Shown in pieces: positions 28,655 to 37,869 of a stretch of 64,000 nt of DNA. The first letter of the stretch is position 1, and each line of letters starts with the position of its first letter. This DNA is from a virus, in IMG/VR virus record IMGVR_UViG_3300049893_001984, positions 64,001-128,000 of that record. One strand, given 5' to 3'. The notes beneath the pieces are model-generated. The model saw nothing but the letters and a program-made list of their open reading frames with translations, searched no databases and was not told the DNA's origin. Made by a program: the position numbers and the translations under genes.

Positions 28655-29680
28655 TTAAGAAATTGGCTCTTCGTTGACAAGGAGATGTCCAACGTCGTTT
28701 ACAGTTACGTTAACAGCGGGCACACCTTCGTAGAGGCCAGGCATGCTTCCAGTGGTATCGCATACCACGAACGCCACCTGCTTTTCTTCTGCTAGCTGCA
28801 AAATGTTGCTTAGTATGCTAGCTTTCTTGGTCGTCCTTTCCTCGTCTGTCGGCACCTGCTTACCTTCGCCAAGCTCATACTTATTACCCAGGTCCTCAAT
28901 ATTGTCTACGAGAACAAGGAGGCTGGAGGATTCGTGTATGTGTTTGGTGTAATCGAAGAAGCTGGCGTAATCTTCGCCCTCACCACTTGGTGCAGCTTTT
29001 ATACGCGCAGGCAGCTCTTTGTACTTAGAGAAGAAATCTGATTCTATCTCTTTGAGAAGCTGTTGGGTGGCGTATGCGCTGCCGCGCAAAACAAGCATGC
29101 CACAAATAAACTTGTGGCCAATTGCCTTGTTCATCTCTGTACCAGGCAACTTGATGCCCTCTGGCCCCACAACCTTTATGACAGACTGAAGCTTGTTATT
29201 TCGTCTGCCCTGCTCTGCTTTGTAGTGTCTGCGTTTGTCTTTCATCAGTGGAAGCAAGTTTGTTTGAATGTGGGCTATGACGTCGCCCAGGTCAAACTTG
29301 TTCTGCATAGCTGCGGCGTGTATGCGCTTTGCCAAATCGTTAACAAGGGGTTTCTTGACCCCATCCTGCGCAAGTATCTCCGCCGTAATCCAATGACACG
29401 CACGATACAGGGCCAATAGGCCGTCTGCCATGCGTTTCAAATCTGGGCTTCCACGGAAAAGCTCCTCGAGCTCCTTCGTGTTCTGGTCGTACTGCGCATC
29501 GCGTTCTTTCCGCATGCGTTCAAGCTCAGCCTTAGGATCTATCGGCGTGTCTGTCTCAACAGGCCGACCGTCAGGTCCGACCAATCCGCTCTTTTGCGGC
29601 TGGGAAGCTGCGATTGCCTTGAGCATATTGTTTCCTTCCTGCATCAAGGCTCTCTCTTGGGGGCTAAGTTCCATTTTCAC
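28655..29680 (-). CDS. Hypothetical protein, C-terminus possibly a degenerate RecA/DnaB-like fold
   Basis: 341 aa; LLVLVDNI (Walker-B-like) and LQLAEEKQVAFVV, but no Walker A. Confidence 0.6.
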   Translation of the reverse strand: MKMELSPQERALMQEGNNMLKAIAASQPQKSGLVGPDGRPVETDTPIDPKAELERMRKERDAQYDQNTKELEELFRGSPDLKRMADGLLALYRACHWITAEILAQDGVKKPLVNDLAKRIHAAAMQNKFDLGDVIAHIQTNLLPLMKDKRRHYKAEQGRRNNKLQSVIKVVGPEGIKLPGTEMNKAIGHKFICGMLVLRGSAYATQQLLKEIESDFFSKYKELPARIKAAPSGEGEDYASFFDYTKHIHESSSLLVLVDNIEDLGNKYELGEGKQVPTDEERTTKKASILSNILQLAEEKQVAFVVCDTTGSMPGLYEGVPAVNVTVNDVGHLLVNEEPIS

Positions 29681-29695
29681 CTTTCTGGTTTTGGG

Positions 29696-30307
29696 TTAGC
29701 AAACCATGTCTGCACAAAACGAATCAAGCCTTATGCCGTTGTATAAGGTGCCAAGGCTCCTAGCGGCTATAAATGTAGCTGCGGAGTCATAGGCGTCTTC
29801 TGCTAATGCTTTTGTACTCGGCCAATCCTTGAACAAAGGCCATTCAGACATGGCTGCCTTTTTAGATCTTTCCTTCTTGAACTTCTGGCGCTCTGATGCC
29901 TTCATGCCCTTGCCTTTGCCAGCCTTTAGCTTTATGCCCAAGGCCTTTTCAACCTCACCAGCTCTAAACATTTCAAACGGTATCCCGTGCGTATAAAGCA
30001 ATGAACCGACCAACCCGGTTATCATGCCCATGCATCTTGTTGCTCTCGCCGACTTTGAACCCCCAGACGGCATCTCAGCGAAGATTGCTTTGGGTTTCCA
30101 CTTTATAAAAAGGTCAGTCAGCTTCCTCGTCATGTTGCATATGTCCACGACGTCCTTCTCAAACACGTCCTCATCTTCTTCACAATCTCTTTCACTGCTA
30201 ACCACTGTTGTTGCGTAAACCAGGACATCCCTAGCCGGTTCTAGCTTAAAAACCGTAACACCTGTTTTACGAAACCCAACGTCCAGGCCCATCACGAAAG
30301 TGGACAT
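29696..30307 (-). CDS. RuvC-like Holliday junction resolvase
   Basis: VMGLDVGFRKTGV (catalytic D), IFAEMP (E), AEDAYDSA (D/D). Confidence 0.8.
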   Translation of the reverse strand: MSTFVMGLDVGFRKTGVTVFKLEPARDVLVYATTVVSSERDCEEDEDVFEKDVVDICNMTRKLTDLFIKWKPKAIFAEMPSGGSKSARATRCMGMITGLVGSLLYTHGIPFEMFRAGEVEKALGIKLKAGKGKGMKASERQKFKKERSKKAAMSEWPLFKDWPSTKALAEDAYDSAATFIAARSLGTLYNGIRLDSFCADMVC

Positions 30308-31056
30308 TTTTCCCTCATGGTCTCTAGCAGGTAGTGAGTCAAAGCGCAGTCAACCCCGGCGTTGTGTGCCTTTGACCGATCGATCCCGCTTCTGCTGCCT
30401 AACTCATACGCGGCGTAACAGTATCTGTCCAGTGACCATTTTACGGTAGAGTAGACTTGCCCAATCCTGCTATAGAATTGTGACAAGTTCTCATCGGAAC
30501 GCATGTTCTCGTTAAGCTTTGCAGCCTTAACGATTATGCCCGTGTCCAGTATTTCGTTGGGTTCAAACTTCCAAGGTTGCCCTATTTCCTTGGTGTGCTT
30601 AAGCAAAAACTCGGCGTCAAACTTGAAGGCATTATGACCTACGAACATATTTCCACATTTACGGTTTGTATTTAAACCGTCCAACATCACGTCTAGTGCG
30701 TCCTCGTTTGGAATTCCAGCTTCCTTTAGGAATTCTGCGGTCAGGCCGTGGACCTCTGTTGCTTCAGGATGGATATCAACTTTTGTATGACAAACGTACA
30801 AACTACCGTACCTGTGAAGGACAGTGTTTATTACCGCAGCCCAGCCCCATTCCAAAACTTTATCATGAACAGGGCTAGTTCCGCTTGTTTCAGTATCGAA
30901 GACCATGTAGCTCTTGGGAAGCTTCTGGTTAGGACACCTTTTTTCAATTTCCCGTAGCACAGCCGAAACAGCACGTAACTCCTGCTCACTAGCTACGGGA
31001 ACCTGGTCCCTACTTGATGCGGCTTGCACGTGCGAAGTCCTCCGTGACACGGTCAA
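30292..31056 (-). CDS. DEDDh 3'-5' exonuclease (DnaQ/epsilon-like)
   Basis: ExoI VFDTETSG, ExoII GHNAFKFD, ExoIII AHNAGVDC. Confidence 0.9.
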   Translation of the reverse strand: MTVSRRTSHVQAASSRDQVPVASEQELRAVSAVLREIEKRCPNQKLPKSYMVFDTETSGTSPVHDKVLEWGWAAVINTVLHRYGSLYVCHTKVDIHPEATEVHGLTAEFLKEAGIPNEDALDVMLDGLNTNRKCGNMFVGHNAFKFDAEFLLKHTKEIGQPWKFEPNEILDTGIIVKAAKLNENMRSDENLSQFYSRIGQVYSTVKWSLDRYCYAAYELGSRSGIDRSKAHNAGVDCALTHYLLETMREKCPLS

Positions 31057-31414
31057 GCAGTTCTGTATTCACATCCTGCATCGGAGCATCGCCCTCTCGG
31101 ATGGGGCGGACTTCGTCACACCAAACACGAAATTCTCCAAGAGTTGCGAACAGATAAGCACGCCCTATGTGCCCTATAGCCTCAGGATCAAGCTCTTTTA
31201 ATCGAGCAGATAGATCCTCAAGGGTGATATTACCTTGCACGCATTCTCGAACAAGCTGCCCCAGCATAGAAGCTGTTTGGGGTATCTTGTCCGAGGTTGT
31301 ATTGTCAAACGCCTGGAGCGATTTAACAATCAACCTACGCATGGCATAGGCCATATCACGTTCTGGGTTGAACCAACGTCGGTCTTCACCAGAGGGCGGG
31401 CGCATCTGCAACAT
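31010..31414 (-). CDS. Hypothetical protein
   Basis: 134 aa in the operon. Confidence 0.65.
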   Translation of the reverse strand: MLQMRPPSGEDRRWFNPERDMAYAMRRLIVKSLQAFDNTTSDKIPQTASMLGQLVRECVQGNITLEDLSARLKELDPEAIGHIGRAYLFATLGEFRVWCDEVRPIREGDAPMQDVNTELLDRVTEDFARASRIK

Positions 31415-31425
31415 CTTGAAACTCC

Positions 31426-32349
31426 TTAGTTCTTCCTACGTGATTCCCTGGTTTCACAAACCAAGCAGATGGGAACTGTTCTACTTGGGTCAAAGTACGC
31501 ATGTTCATTTCCACAAGCCGAGCAAGGCCGTTCAACAAACTCGTATCTGTGCGTAGCTTGGGGGCAGGCATTTTTACCTTTATACCCCAAGGGACATACC
31601 CTGCATTTCATATCAGGATATTCACGAATGCAAGTTAATCTAGAGGTCCGTAGCTGCTTGTTGCTGGCTTTTGTAGATGTAGTGGCATCGAACTCCCTGA
31701 CTTCCGCTCTCTGCCCATCCTCATTCCAGCCTATCTCTCCTACAAATAACCCTTGTACAGCGTCTCGGTAAGATCTCTGGTCATTTCCAAATTCGTTGTC
31801 CTCACGTTTGAATCCTATATCCAACATGAACCGCCACATAACGAAGTCGTAAGCCATAGTCTGTTGCAGACTTAATCCTGCATACGGACCGCTTAAGATT
31901 CTCATATGTAGCTTAAGTTGTTGCGTACCCTTCTTTGAGCTCGGAGCCCTGTAGATGTCCTCTATGAAGATTAAGCACCAGTGTGGAGGCTCCGCTGCTG
32001 TAAATGTTGATCGCAGCTCTTCTCCGTTAACTATTCTTTCTTTGCCAGCAGCTAACCGCCAGCAAATGTCTTCTACCACTTCCACACCGCCCTTGCCTTG
32101 AAAGCAGGAAAGTGCCTGGTATAGCGCCCTTGTTGTGTCTTGTTCGAGCTTAGTTACCAGCGATGCTACGAACAGGATTCGGTCAAAGGCCGCGCCTTCC
32201 AGTGTTACGTCTGTGAATGAGGGGGTGCAAAGTTCGGACATCAACTTACCCATTAAGTTGAAAACCGTTTTCACCTTTGTTTTCATTCCTTTAGGAAGAG
32301 GCATTTGCCCTCCACCGTTCGTAAGCAACCCAGAGTTTCTTGTCCACAA
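31426..32349 (-). CDS. Hypothetical protein with a Cys-rich (zinc-binding) C-terminus
   Basis: CRVC, CSAC, CLVC motifs. Confidence 0.7.
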   Translation of the reverse strand: MWTRNSGLLTNGGGQMPLPKGMKTKVKTVFNLMGKLMSELCTPSFTDVTLEGAAFDRILFVASLVTKLEQDTTRALYQALSCFQGKGGVEVVEDICWRLAAGKERIVNGEELRSTFTAAEPPHWCLIFIEDIYRAPSSKKGTQQLKLHMRILSGPYAGLSLQQTMAYDFVMWRFMLDIGFKREDNEFGNDQRSYRDAVQGLFVGEIGWNEDGQRAEVREFDATTSTKASNKQLRTSRLTCIREYPDMKCRVCPLGYKGKNACPQATHRYEFVERPCSACGNEHAYFDPSRTVPICLVCETRESRRKN

Positions 32350-33229
32350 ACTGGTCTACGGATTGGAAAATGTCTTTGCTTAAATTCAAACGCACTAAAT
32401 CTTGCTTACCGGATGCTGCCGCTATGCTTATGGATTTTAACTCTTTCAAGGATCTAGCCATCGGTTCAACCATAGTTGAAATAGACTTGTACACCGGATG
32501 CATTAGCAGCAGTGGAGAACATCCAGAAGCCATGGCTCCAATTAAGTTAGGCGAAACAATTGACGCAGCTAGATCAGTTATGCGTGGCGCTGGTACATAG
32601 TTTTTTATCCGCATGTACGAGATCTGATCACGGTCTACGTACGTGATGTCGCTGATCTCTTCTGGTATACGGTGGTGTGGGTCGCGGAATGCAAGAACTT
32701 CAAGCTTAAGGCCATCTCCGGCTTGTTTGAGCCACTTTTGGGTCTGAGCTATCTGAGAGAAATCTGTATCGTTAACGGTGTTAATCACAGTCCCAAGTTT
32801 TATCTCTTCCTGACCCAATGAAACTTTGGCGCTAGCTAAAGGTTTCCAGCTAAAAAGGACAGGGAATGCGGCTGACGCTCTTTTAACCACCGTAACGCTG
32901 TTTGTGAACAAACAATGAAACCCAGATTCATGGATTGAGACGTTAAGTTGAATCAAGTGTCTAAGATCATCAAAGCAAGTTGAAACCAGTACGGTCCAGG
33001 GTCTTCCCAGTATGATAAGTTTGTTTGCCAAGTACCATTCTGCTGCATCAAGACACAGAATCATGTCATACTCTAAATAGAAGACTGACGGGTCGATGTT
33101 GTCGGTATCAACTGCTATTACTGTTACCTCTCCGCCAAACCCAGAATGGGCTGAGAGGCTAGCCGCCATTTCCTTAACGTAAGGATCTGTCCCAAGCTGT
33201 TTCACAGAGTAAAGGACCAACGTCTTCAT
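32291..33229 (-). CDS. Hypothetical protein, possibly a degenerate GT-B glycosyltransferase-like fold
   Basis: 312 aa with alternating alpha/beta; GAMASGCSPLL resembles the GT-B EAMAxGxP motif (weak). Confidence 0.5.
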   Translation of the reverse strand: MKTLVLYSVKQLGTDPYVKEMAASLSAHSGFGGEVTVIAVDTDNIDPSVFYLEYDMILCLDAAEWYLANKLIILGRPWTVLVSTCFDDLRHLIQLNVSIHESGFHCLFTNSVTVVKRASAAFPVLFSWKPLASAKVSLGQEEIKLGTVINTVNDTDFSQIAQTQKWLKQAGDGLKLEVLAFRDPHHRIPEEISDITYVDRDQISYMRIKNYVPAPRITDLAASIVSPNLIGAMASGCSPLLLMHPVYKSISTMVEPMARSLKELKSISIAAASGKQDLVRLNLSKDIFQSVDQFVDKKLWVAYERWRANASS

Positions 33230-33280
33230 TCGGTATCTCCTTGCCTCCTTTATAGGTGTTACTGAAAATACGTCTAGCGC

Positions 33281-33314
33281 AAAAGAAAGGGCAGGCGCTC
33301 ACGCACCTGCCCTT
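33281..33314 (-). terminator. Intrinsic terminator
   Basis: Minus strand AAGGGCAGG...CCUGCCCUU-UCUUUU. Confidence 0.75.
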
Positions 33315-33344
33315 ACCCCCCTTTCTTGTAGGCGGTTTACCGCT

Positions 33345-33848
33345 CTACGGGGTTATGCTCTTACGAATAGTTTCAAGGCCGGTTGCAGCCCCATCACAAA
33401 ACGCAGCAACTAGCTCAGCCGAGCTACTGCCTTTTACCTTCCAGTCTGGATGCTTTTCAAACAGACGATCAAGTTCAGACAGCAGTAGTTTGGCTGCCTT
33501 CTTTGATGCAACCTTGTACAACTTCTGGTCATCTCGGAAAGCCTTATCAAGGGCAGCTTCAACTTCTGGGAGAATGACCGTGAAGCCTTCGTCTGTCCAT
33601 CCGTGAAGGTTCTCACGCAGTTTGTCTGTAACAATTCGGATACCGGAGACAACATCCGGAGATGGCTTGTCTATGGCCACGTAGAGAGCCATCGCTGCAC
33701 GTCCAGCAAGCTCCGCCATGTCCTTTTTGCTCTCGGCTGACGTAGTGTTGTTGCCACAGCTTGTGCACGTCAAAGCAGCGAGAGCAACCAAATAAACACT
33801 GATGGCCTTTAGGTTATGCATCTTTTGTCTTTCCTTTTCTTCTTTCAC
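33345..33848 (-). CDS. Putative lipoprotein
   Basis: Basic N-region, hydrophobic ISVYLVALAAL, Cys in lipobox-like LAALTC/TSC. Confidence 0.55.
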   Translation of the reverse strand: MKEEKERQKMHNLKAISVYLVALAALTCTSCGNNTTSAESKKDMAELAGRAAMALYVAIDKPSPDVVSGIRIVTDKLRENLHGWTDEGFTVILPEVEAALDKAFRDDQKLYKVASKKAAKLLLSELDRLFEKHPDWKVKGSSSAELVAAFCDGAATGLETIRKSITP

Positions 33849-34164
33849 CAGCCCTCAGCCTGAAAAGACCTAACGAGATCTCATCCGAAGGGAAGAAGGC
33901 CCTGAAACAGTCGTACTCCTTTATAAGCCAAGGATCCACATATATGACCTGTGGAGTTTTGGTTAAAGGTTTACTTAGCTGAACCGACCTCCCTGCTTTA
34001 CTGCAAAGAAGTTCGAAACAGTTTGAACAGTAGAACGTGAACCTGGTTACGTCGCCTCTGTAACTAAGCTGAATCACAGGTTCATTGTTTTCGGAGGGTA
34101 ACATACACAAGCGACAGCTTGCCGGTAAGTCCAGCAGCTCTGCTGTGAATGTAACCATTTCCAT
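33814..34164 (-). CDS. Small zinc-finger hypothetical protein
   Basis: CRLC and CSNC pairs. Confidence 0.6.
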   Translation of the reverse strand: MEMVTFTAELLDLPASCRLCMLPSENNEPVIQLSYRGDVTRFTFYCSNCFELLCSKAGRSVQLSKPLTKTPQVIYVDPWLIKEYDCFRAFFPSDEISLGLFRLRAGERRKGKTKDA

Positions 34165-34527
34165 TTATCTGTTATCGCCTTCGCTCTTTATCACATTGCG
34201 AATTTGACGATCTTTTAGCTTTTCCAAGTTTATCTTAGCCACGTCACCAAGCGTGAAACCGAGACGCAAAGCAAGATCGGCTATATACCATTGAACATCA
34301 CCAAGCTCCTTTATGAGCTCGATCTTCTGTTCTGGTGTATAGTCCTTGATCTCCCGCGCTTCGAAATTACGGTAGTACTTTCCAACCTTCTCCGCAAACT
34401 CACCTGATTCTCCAGCGAGCTTAAGGGTGGAGTACATTATAGACTTGTCTTTATCCGGGTATTGTGCAGTCAAGACTGCCAAAGCCTGGTATTCGTCTAA
34501 TGTCATTTTGTTGGTGAAGTTGCTCAT
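34165..34527 (-). CDS. MazG-like nucleotide pyrophosphohydrolase
   Basis: LKLAGESGEFAEKVGK...IKELGDVQWYIADLA...INLEKLKDR. Confidence 0.9.
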   Translation of the reverse strand: MSNFTNKMTLDEYQALAVLTAQYPDKDKSIMYSTLKLAGESGEFAEKVGKYYRNFEAREIKDYTPEQKIELIKELGDVQWYIADLALRLGFTLGDVAKINLEKLKDRQIRNVIKSEGDNR

Positions 34528-34718
34528 TGCCTATCCAACTCGGGTGGTATCTCAAGAGACGTTAGTAGATTAACTACCCCTGAGACGTCTTTTATGTTTG
34601 CACGACACGCAATTTGCGTGGCGTCATCGTAATTAAAATTAACTGGAATCCTAGGCCGTAGCCTATCCATCATTAGAACTTCTAGAACTAGTGCTCTGAC
34701 TTCGCGTTCATCCATCAT
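34524..34718 (-). CDS. Small hypothetical protein
   Basis: 64 aa, overlaps the MazG start. Confidence 0.5.
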   Translation of the reverse strand: MMDEREVRALVLEVLMMDRLRPRIPVNFNYDDATQIACRANIKDVSGVVNLLTSLEIPPELDRQ

Positions 34719-34773
34719 GGCGGCAGTTTCCAGTTACTGTTACTGTTTTAATTAACCCCCAGCCTCCTCCTTT

Positions 34774-35439
34774 CTAAATGGACCCAGCAGGTTGCTCAGA
34801 CAACCCACGTCTAGCTGAGTCGTTTGTTTTAACACCGTAGCTATACGCCTTGAACTTATATCCATTTTGGCGTACAGCTTCCCCCAACTTTGTATCACCA
34901 CCATTGTGACTAAGCCTGGGGTCAGGCCAGTCAATGGCCCTTAGCACGTCAGTACGTATCCCCCAATAGGATCCTTGCGCAAATGTGACCCCTGGGACAT
35001 TACGTACCTTTTCAGGCGATATGCCTTTGTACCACGACGCTTTCTGTATGAACTCCAGCTCGCCCGGACGCCAAATCCAAAGCCAAGGTTCACCGAAGTA
35101 ATGGAAATCAGCAGACGGCGAAAGCATGTACCGAACACTCAAGAGCCAGTCTGGCTTGACTATGTGAGCATCGTCATCAAACCAAATAACCCATCTTGCC
35201 TGTATGTCTTTTTTGAACATGTTTCGCATGGCAATGTACTTGGGTACATTTTCACTGCTAAAGTGACAGTTAAACCCAAGATTGCCAACCAGTTCAACTG
35301 TTTGACTGCAGACCTGGTTACCCCAGAGATTAACTTCAATATCACTAACGCCACCAACCTGCTTATAGAGGCTAGTCAAGAACCTCTTATGCAGATCGTG
35401 GTAATCACCGTATAGCAGTCCAAATATCGATAAAAACAT
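34774..35439 (-). CDS. GT-A (family 2-like) glycosyltransferase
   Basis: WVIWFDDDAHI DxD motif; NVPKYIAMRN; GGDTKLGEAVR acceptor-side motif. Confidence 0.75.
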   Translation of the reverse strand: MFLSIFGLLYGDYHDLHKRFLTSLYKQVGGVSDIEVNLWGNQVCSQTVELVGNLGFNCHFSSENVPKYIAMRNMFKKDIQARWVIWFDDDAHIVKPDWLLSVRYMLSPSADFHYFGEPWLWIWRPGELEFIQKASWYKGISPEKVRNVPGVTFAQGSYWGIRTDVLRAIDWPDPRLSHNGGDTKLGEAVRQNGYKFKAYSYGVKTNDSARRGLSEQPAGSI

Positions 35440-35448
35440 TTTTACGCC

Positions 35449-35751
35449 TTAGGGTAGTATTAACGGGCGAAGGGTGGTTCCTGGCACACCTCCAGCTCCT
35501 GATCTTATTTCACGCATTCTGTCAAAATCGTTCTTCTCTTCGCCGTTCCTACTCCTGGCGGCTTGGTATGAGTGTTCGAGCTTTGACACAGTGCGCTTCA
35601 ACTCGCAAAGCATTGCCCACACCTGCTCAGGCGCCAGTTGTTTCTCAATTATCTTCTCCTCGAAGATAATACTATTCCGTTCTAGCGGCATACCATTTAC
35701 CGTAACCTCTCGGTTACCGTGAAGTTCCGCTTTGAACAAAATTAAAATCAT
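35449..35751 (-). CDS. Hypothetical protein
   Basis: 100 aa with a GGAG RBS. Confidence 0.55.
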   Translation of the reverse strand: MILILFKAELHGNREVTVNGMPLERNSIIFEEKIIEKQLAPEQVWAMLCELKRTVSKLEHSYQAARSRNGEEKNDFDRMREIRSGAGGVPGTTLRPLILP

Positions 35752-35771
35752 CGTCTCTCTCCAAGTTGACT

Positions 35772-36677
35772 TTACTGCGACCTACCTTTTCTAACATTAC
35801 GCCAGTATTCATCAAGCACAAGCAACGAATCTTCTTCCATCCCAGCCTTAGCTGCCTCTTCCATGGTCAAGTTTGTCCATACTATCTTGAGGGAAGGGTT
35901 TACAAATTGGTCGGCGATTATGGCTAGGCGTCCAAGAACCTTATGCCTGTAAATCTGCAAGTCACGACGTCTGTGCCACCATGCTGTGGCCACTACTTCT
36001 GTACACGAGAAGGCGACGTCGTACTCAGCTTTAGTTGAATTGTGCGCAGACCAATGCAGCTCATCAAGCGTATCGTCGTCTGGCAAATCACGCGTGTTTA
36101 GATGAAAAGCGGAGATTGCGTCTTCTATGTCAAATCTGAACCTGTCGTCGTAAACAGACCCCACCAACCTCTTTGCGTTGTCAGCCGCCAAGGTTGCGTC
36201 CACGTCAGTTACACTTACAGGTCGAAGTATCATCATCTTATCTGACAGCGCGTGTATTGGATGGCGCTCAACTACACCCTCCGAAATAGCCTCGACTATT
36301 CGGCATTCGGTTACATCTACAACCCTTTTCTTTTCACTGCGAATTGATTTGGGGCCCTGTGTAAATATAAAAGCGTGCTTAAACACGCCAGGTATGGCCA
36401 TATTTGAAAAAATAAAACCATGTTTAGTGGATACCCCAATGTCACCCTGCTCCACGTATTTAAGCGCTTCAAGCCACTCGTCATAGGATGTTTTGTAGGA
36501 ATGAACGCCAAACCCGATGTACGGGAAATGAGGGAAAACGCGTATATCGCCAGCCCAGAATGCTAGTCTTCGCCAGCCGCGCTGTAGCCGTGAATAATGC
36601 CCAACTGATCTGTCGGGTCGAGTGATGTACATAAACCACAGTACAAATACAAGCGTACAAATTAATCCGTATAGCAT
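35772..36677 (-). CDS. Permuted papain-like amidase (YiiX/YebB-like NlpC/P60) with an N-terminal membrane anchor
   Basis: His motif FKHAFIF precedes IVEAISEGVV, GSVYDDRF and Cys motif FSCTEVVA; N-terminal hydrophobic helix. Confidence 0.8.
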   Translation of the reverse strand: MLYGLICTLVFVLWFMYITRPDRSVGHYSRLQRGWRRLAFWAGDIRVFPHFPYIGFGVHSYKTSYDEWLEALKYVEQGDIGVSTKHGFIFSNMAIPGVFKHAFIFTQGPKSIRSEKKRVVDVTECRIVEAISEGVVERHPIHALSDKMMILRPVSVTDVDATLAADNAKRLVGSVYDDRFRFDIEDAISAFHLNTRDLPDDDTLDELHWSAHNSTKAEYDVAFSCTEVVATAWWHRRRDLQIYRHKVLGRLAIIADQFVNPSLKIVWTNLTMEEAAKAGMEEDSLLVLDEYWRNVRKGRSQ

Positions 36678-36759
36678 AAGCAGGCCTCCTGATTGTCTTT
36701 ACAGTTTAAGGCTAGCTTATGCTACAGGCAATAAGACTGATATTTATTCGTTAGACATT

Positions 36760-36969
36760 TCAGAAACCTTCATCATCACCGTCATCATCATCATCCGAAT
36801 CTTCCTCAGAAATTAGTGCGTCATCAAGGGTTTCGAGCAGCTTGTGCAAAACTGTATCGTCGTCTGCCGCCGATATCTGACTGATGAGTACCCCAGAGCG
36901 GTTATAACCTGCAATGTAAAAACCGCCTGGGAACTGTTTCTCCAACAGTTCTAGAATATATTCTGGCAT
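36760..36969 (-). CDS. Small acidic hypothetical protein
   Basis: GGAGG RBS; Asp-rich tail. Confidence 0.6.
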   Translation of the reverse strand: MPEYILELLEKQFPGGFYIAGYNRSGVLISQISAADDDTVLHKLLETLDDALISEEDSDDDDDGDDEGF

Positions 36970-37030
36970 GGTAGGCCCTCCAAGCGAAGACTCTATAACG
37001 ATAACGCTTAGCCTACCTCCCGTCCATTAT

Positions 37031-37267
37031 TTACTTGTACCACAACCGATAGTCAAACTCGTCGAACCCAAACCACGTTTTGCCGTCTTTTGACCACTTC
37101 CACACATCGTTCTGCCAGAAATCGTACTTGTGAGGGAGATCTATGCACCCGTTCTTTATTAGCTCCCGTACCTTACGGCGCTCTGCACGGTGCGCTCTTA
37201 CTTTATCTTCTTTCTCGGATTCGCTGCATGCGCCCATTTTAGGTGTGTGTCGTAGGCTTCTGCTCAT
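37031..37267 (-). CDS. Small hypothetical phage protein
   Basis: GAGGAGG RBS; MSRSLRHTP...SEKEDK start. Confidence 0.65.
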   Translation of the reverse strand: MSRSLRHTPKMGACSESEKEDKVRAHRAERRKVRELIKNGCIDLPHKYDFWQNDVWKWSKDGKTWFGFDEFDYRLWYK

Positions 37268-37282
37268 TATGTCCTCCTCGAG

Positions 37283-37495
37283 CTAATAAAGATTTTCTGT
37301 GTCTTCCTTCTCACTCTGCGTACGTTGCCTGGTCTTGGCTGTGCCGCATCGGCTACACTTCCCTTTATGTGCTCCTTTCGGGAACAGGTGTTTAGTGGTG
37401 GTCATACAGAACGAACAGTAATTAAGATCTTTTTGTCCTCGGCGCATATAACCTCCTACTCGTATCCGGGTAGGGTTATAGTCGCCATAAGGCAC
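37283..37495 (-). CDS. Small zinc-ribbon protein
   Basis: CSFC...CSRC. Confidence 0.55.
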   Translation of the reverse strand: MPYGDYNPTRIRVGGYMRRGQKDLNYCSFCMTTTKHLFPKGAHKGKCSRCGTAKTRQRTQSEKEDTENLY

Positions 37496-37851
37496 CAGGC
37501 CTCCGGATTAAGCTTTTCTATTATACATAAAGCAAGTGATCGTTCCCCGGATTCATTTGAAGAAGTCCAGACCCATCCTTTTTTACTGTCCAAAACGGCC
37601 CTTACTTGAGGGGTCCACCCTTCCCTAAGAACTGCTTCGCTAACCAGCTTGCCAGGTACAACAATGCTTGGCTGATCAAACTTATTGTCCATGTCCGCTC
37701 TAATATACCGCGCTGTAAGCGGAAGAGACCATGGAATAATCCTAAACTTAAAGTTAGGGGCCATCTTCTTTAACAGGTGTAGCGCACTCATTCTTGGATG
37801 CCGACCGCAGTTACTCAGCACAGTCAGTATGTTGTTATTTTCAGAGTGCAT
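37456..37851 (-). CDS. Hypothetical protein
   Basis: 131 aa in the operon. Confidence 0.6.
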   Translation of the reverse strand: MHSENNNILTVLSNCGRHPRMSALHLLKKMAPNFKFRIIPWSLPLTARYIRADMDNKFDQPSIVVPGKLVSEAVLREGWTPQVRAVLDSKKGWVWTSSNESGERSLALCIIEKLNPEAWCLMATITLPGYE

Positions 37852-37869
37852 AATTCACCTTAGCAAAGG

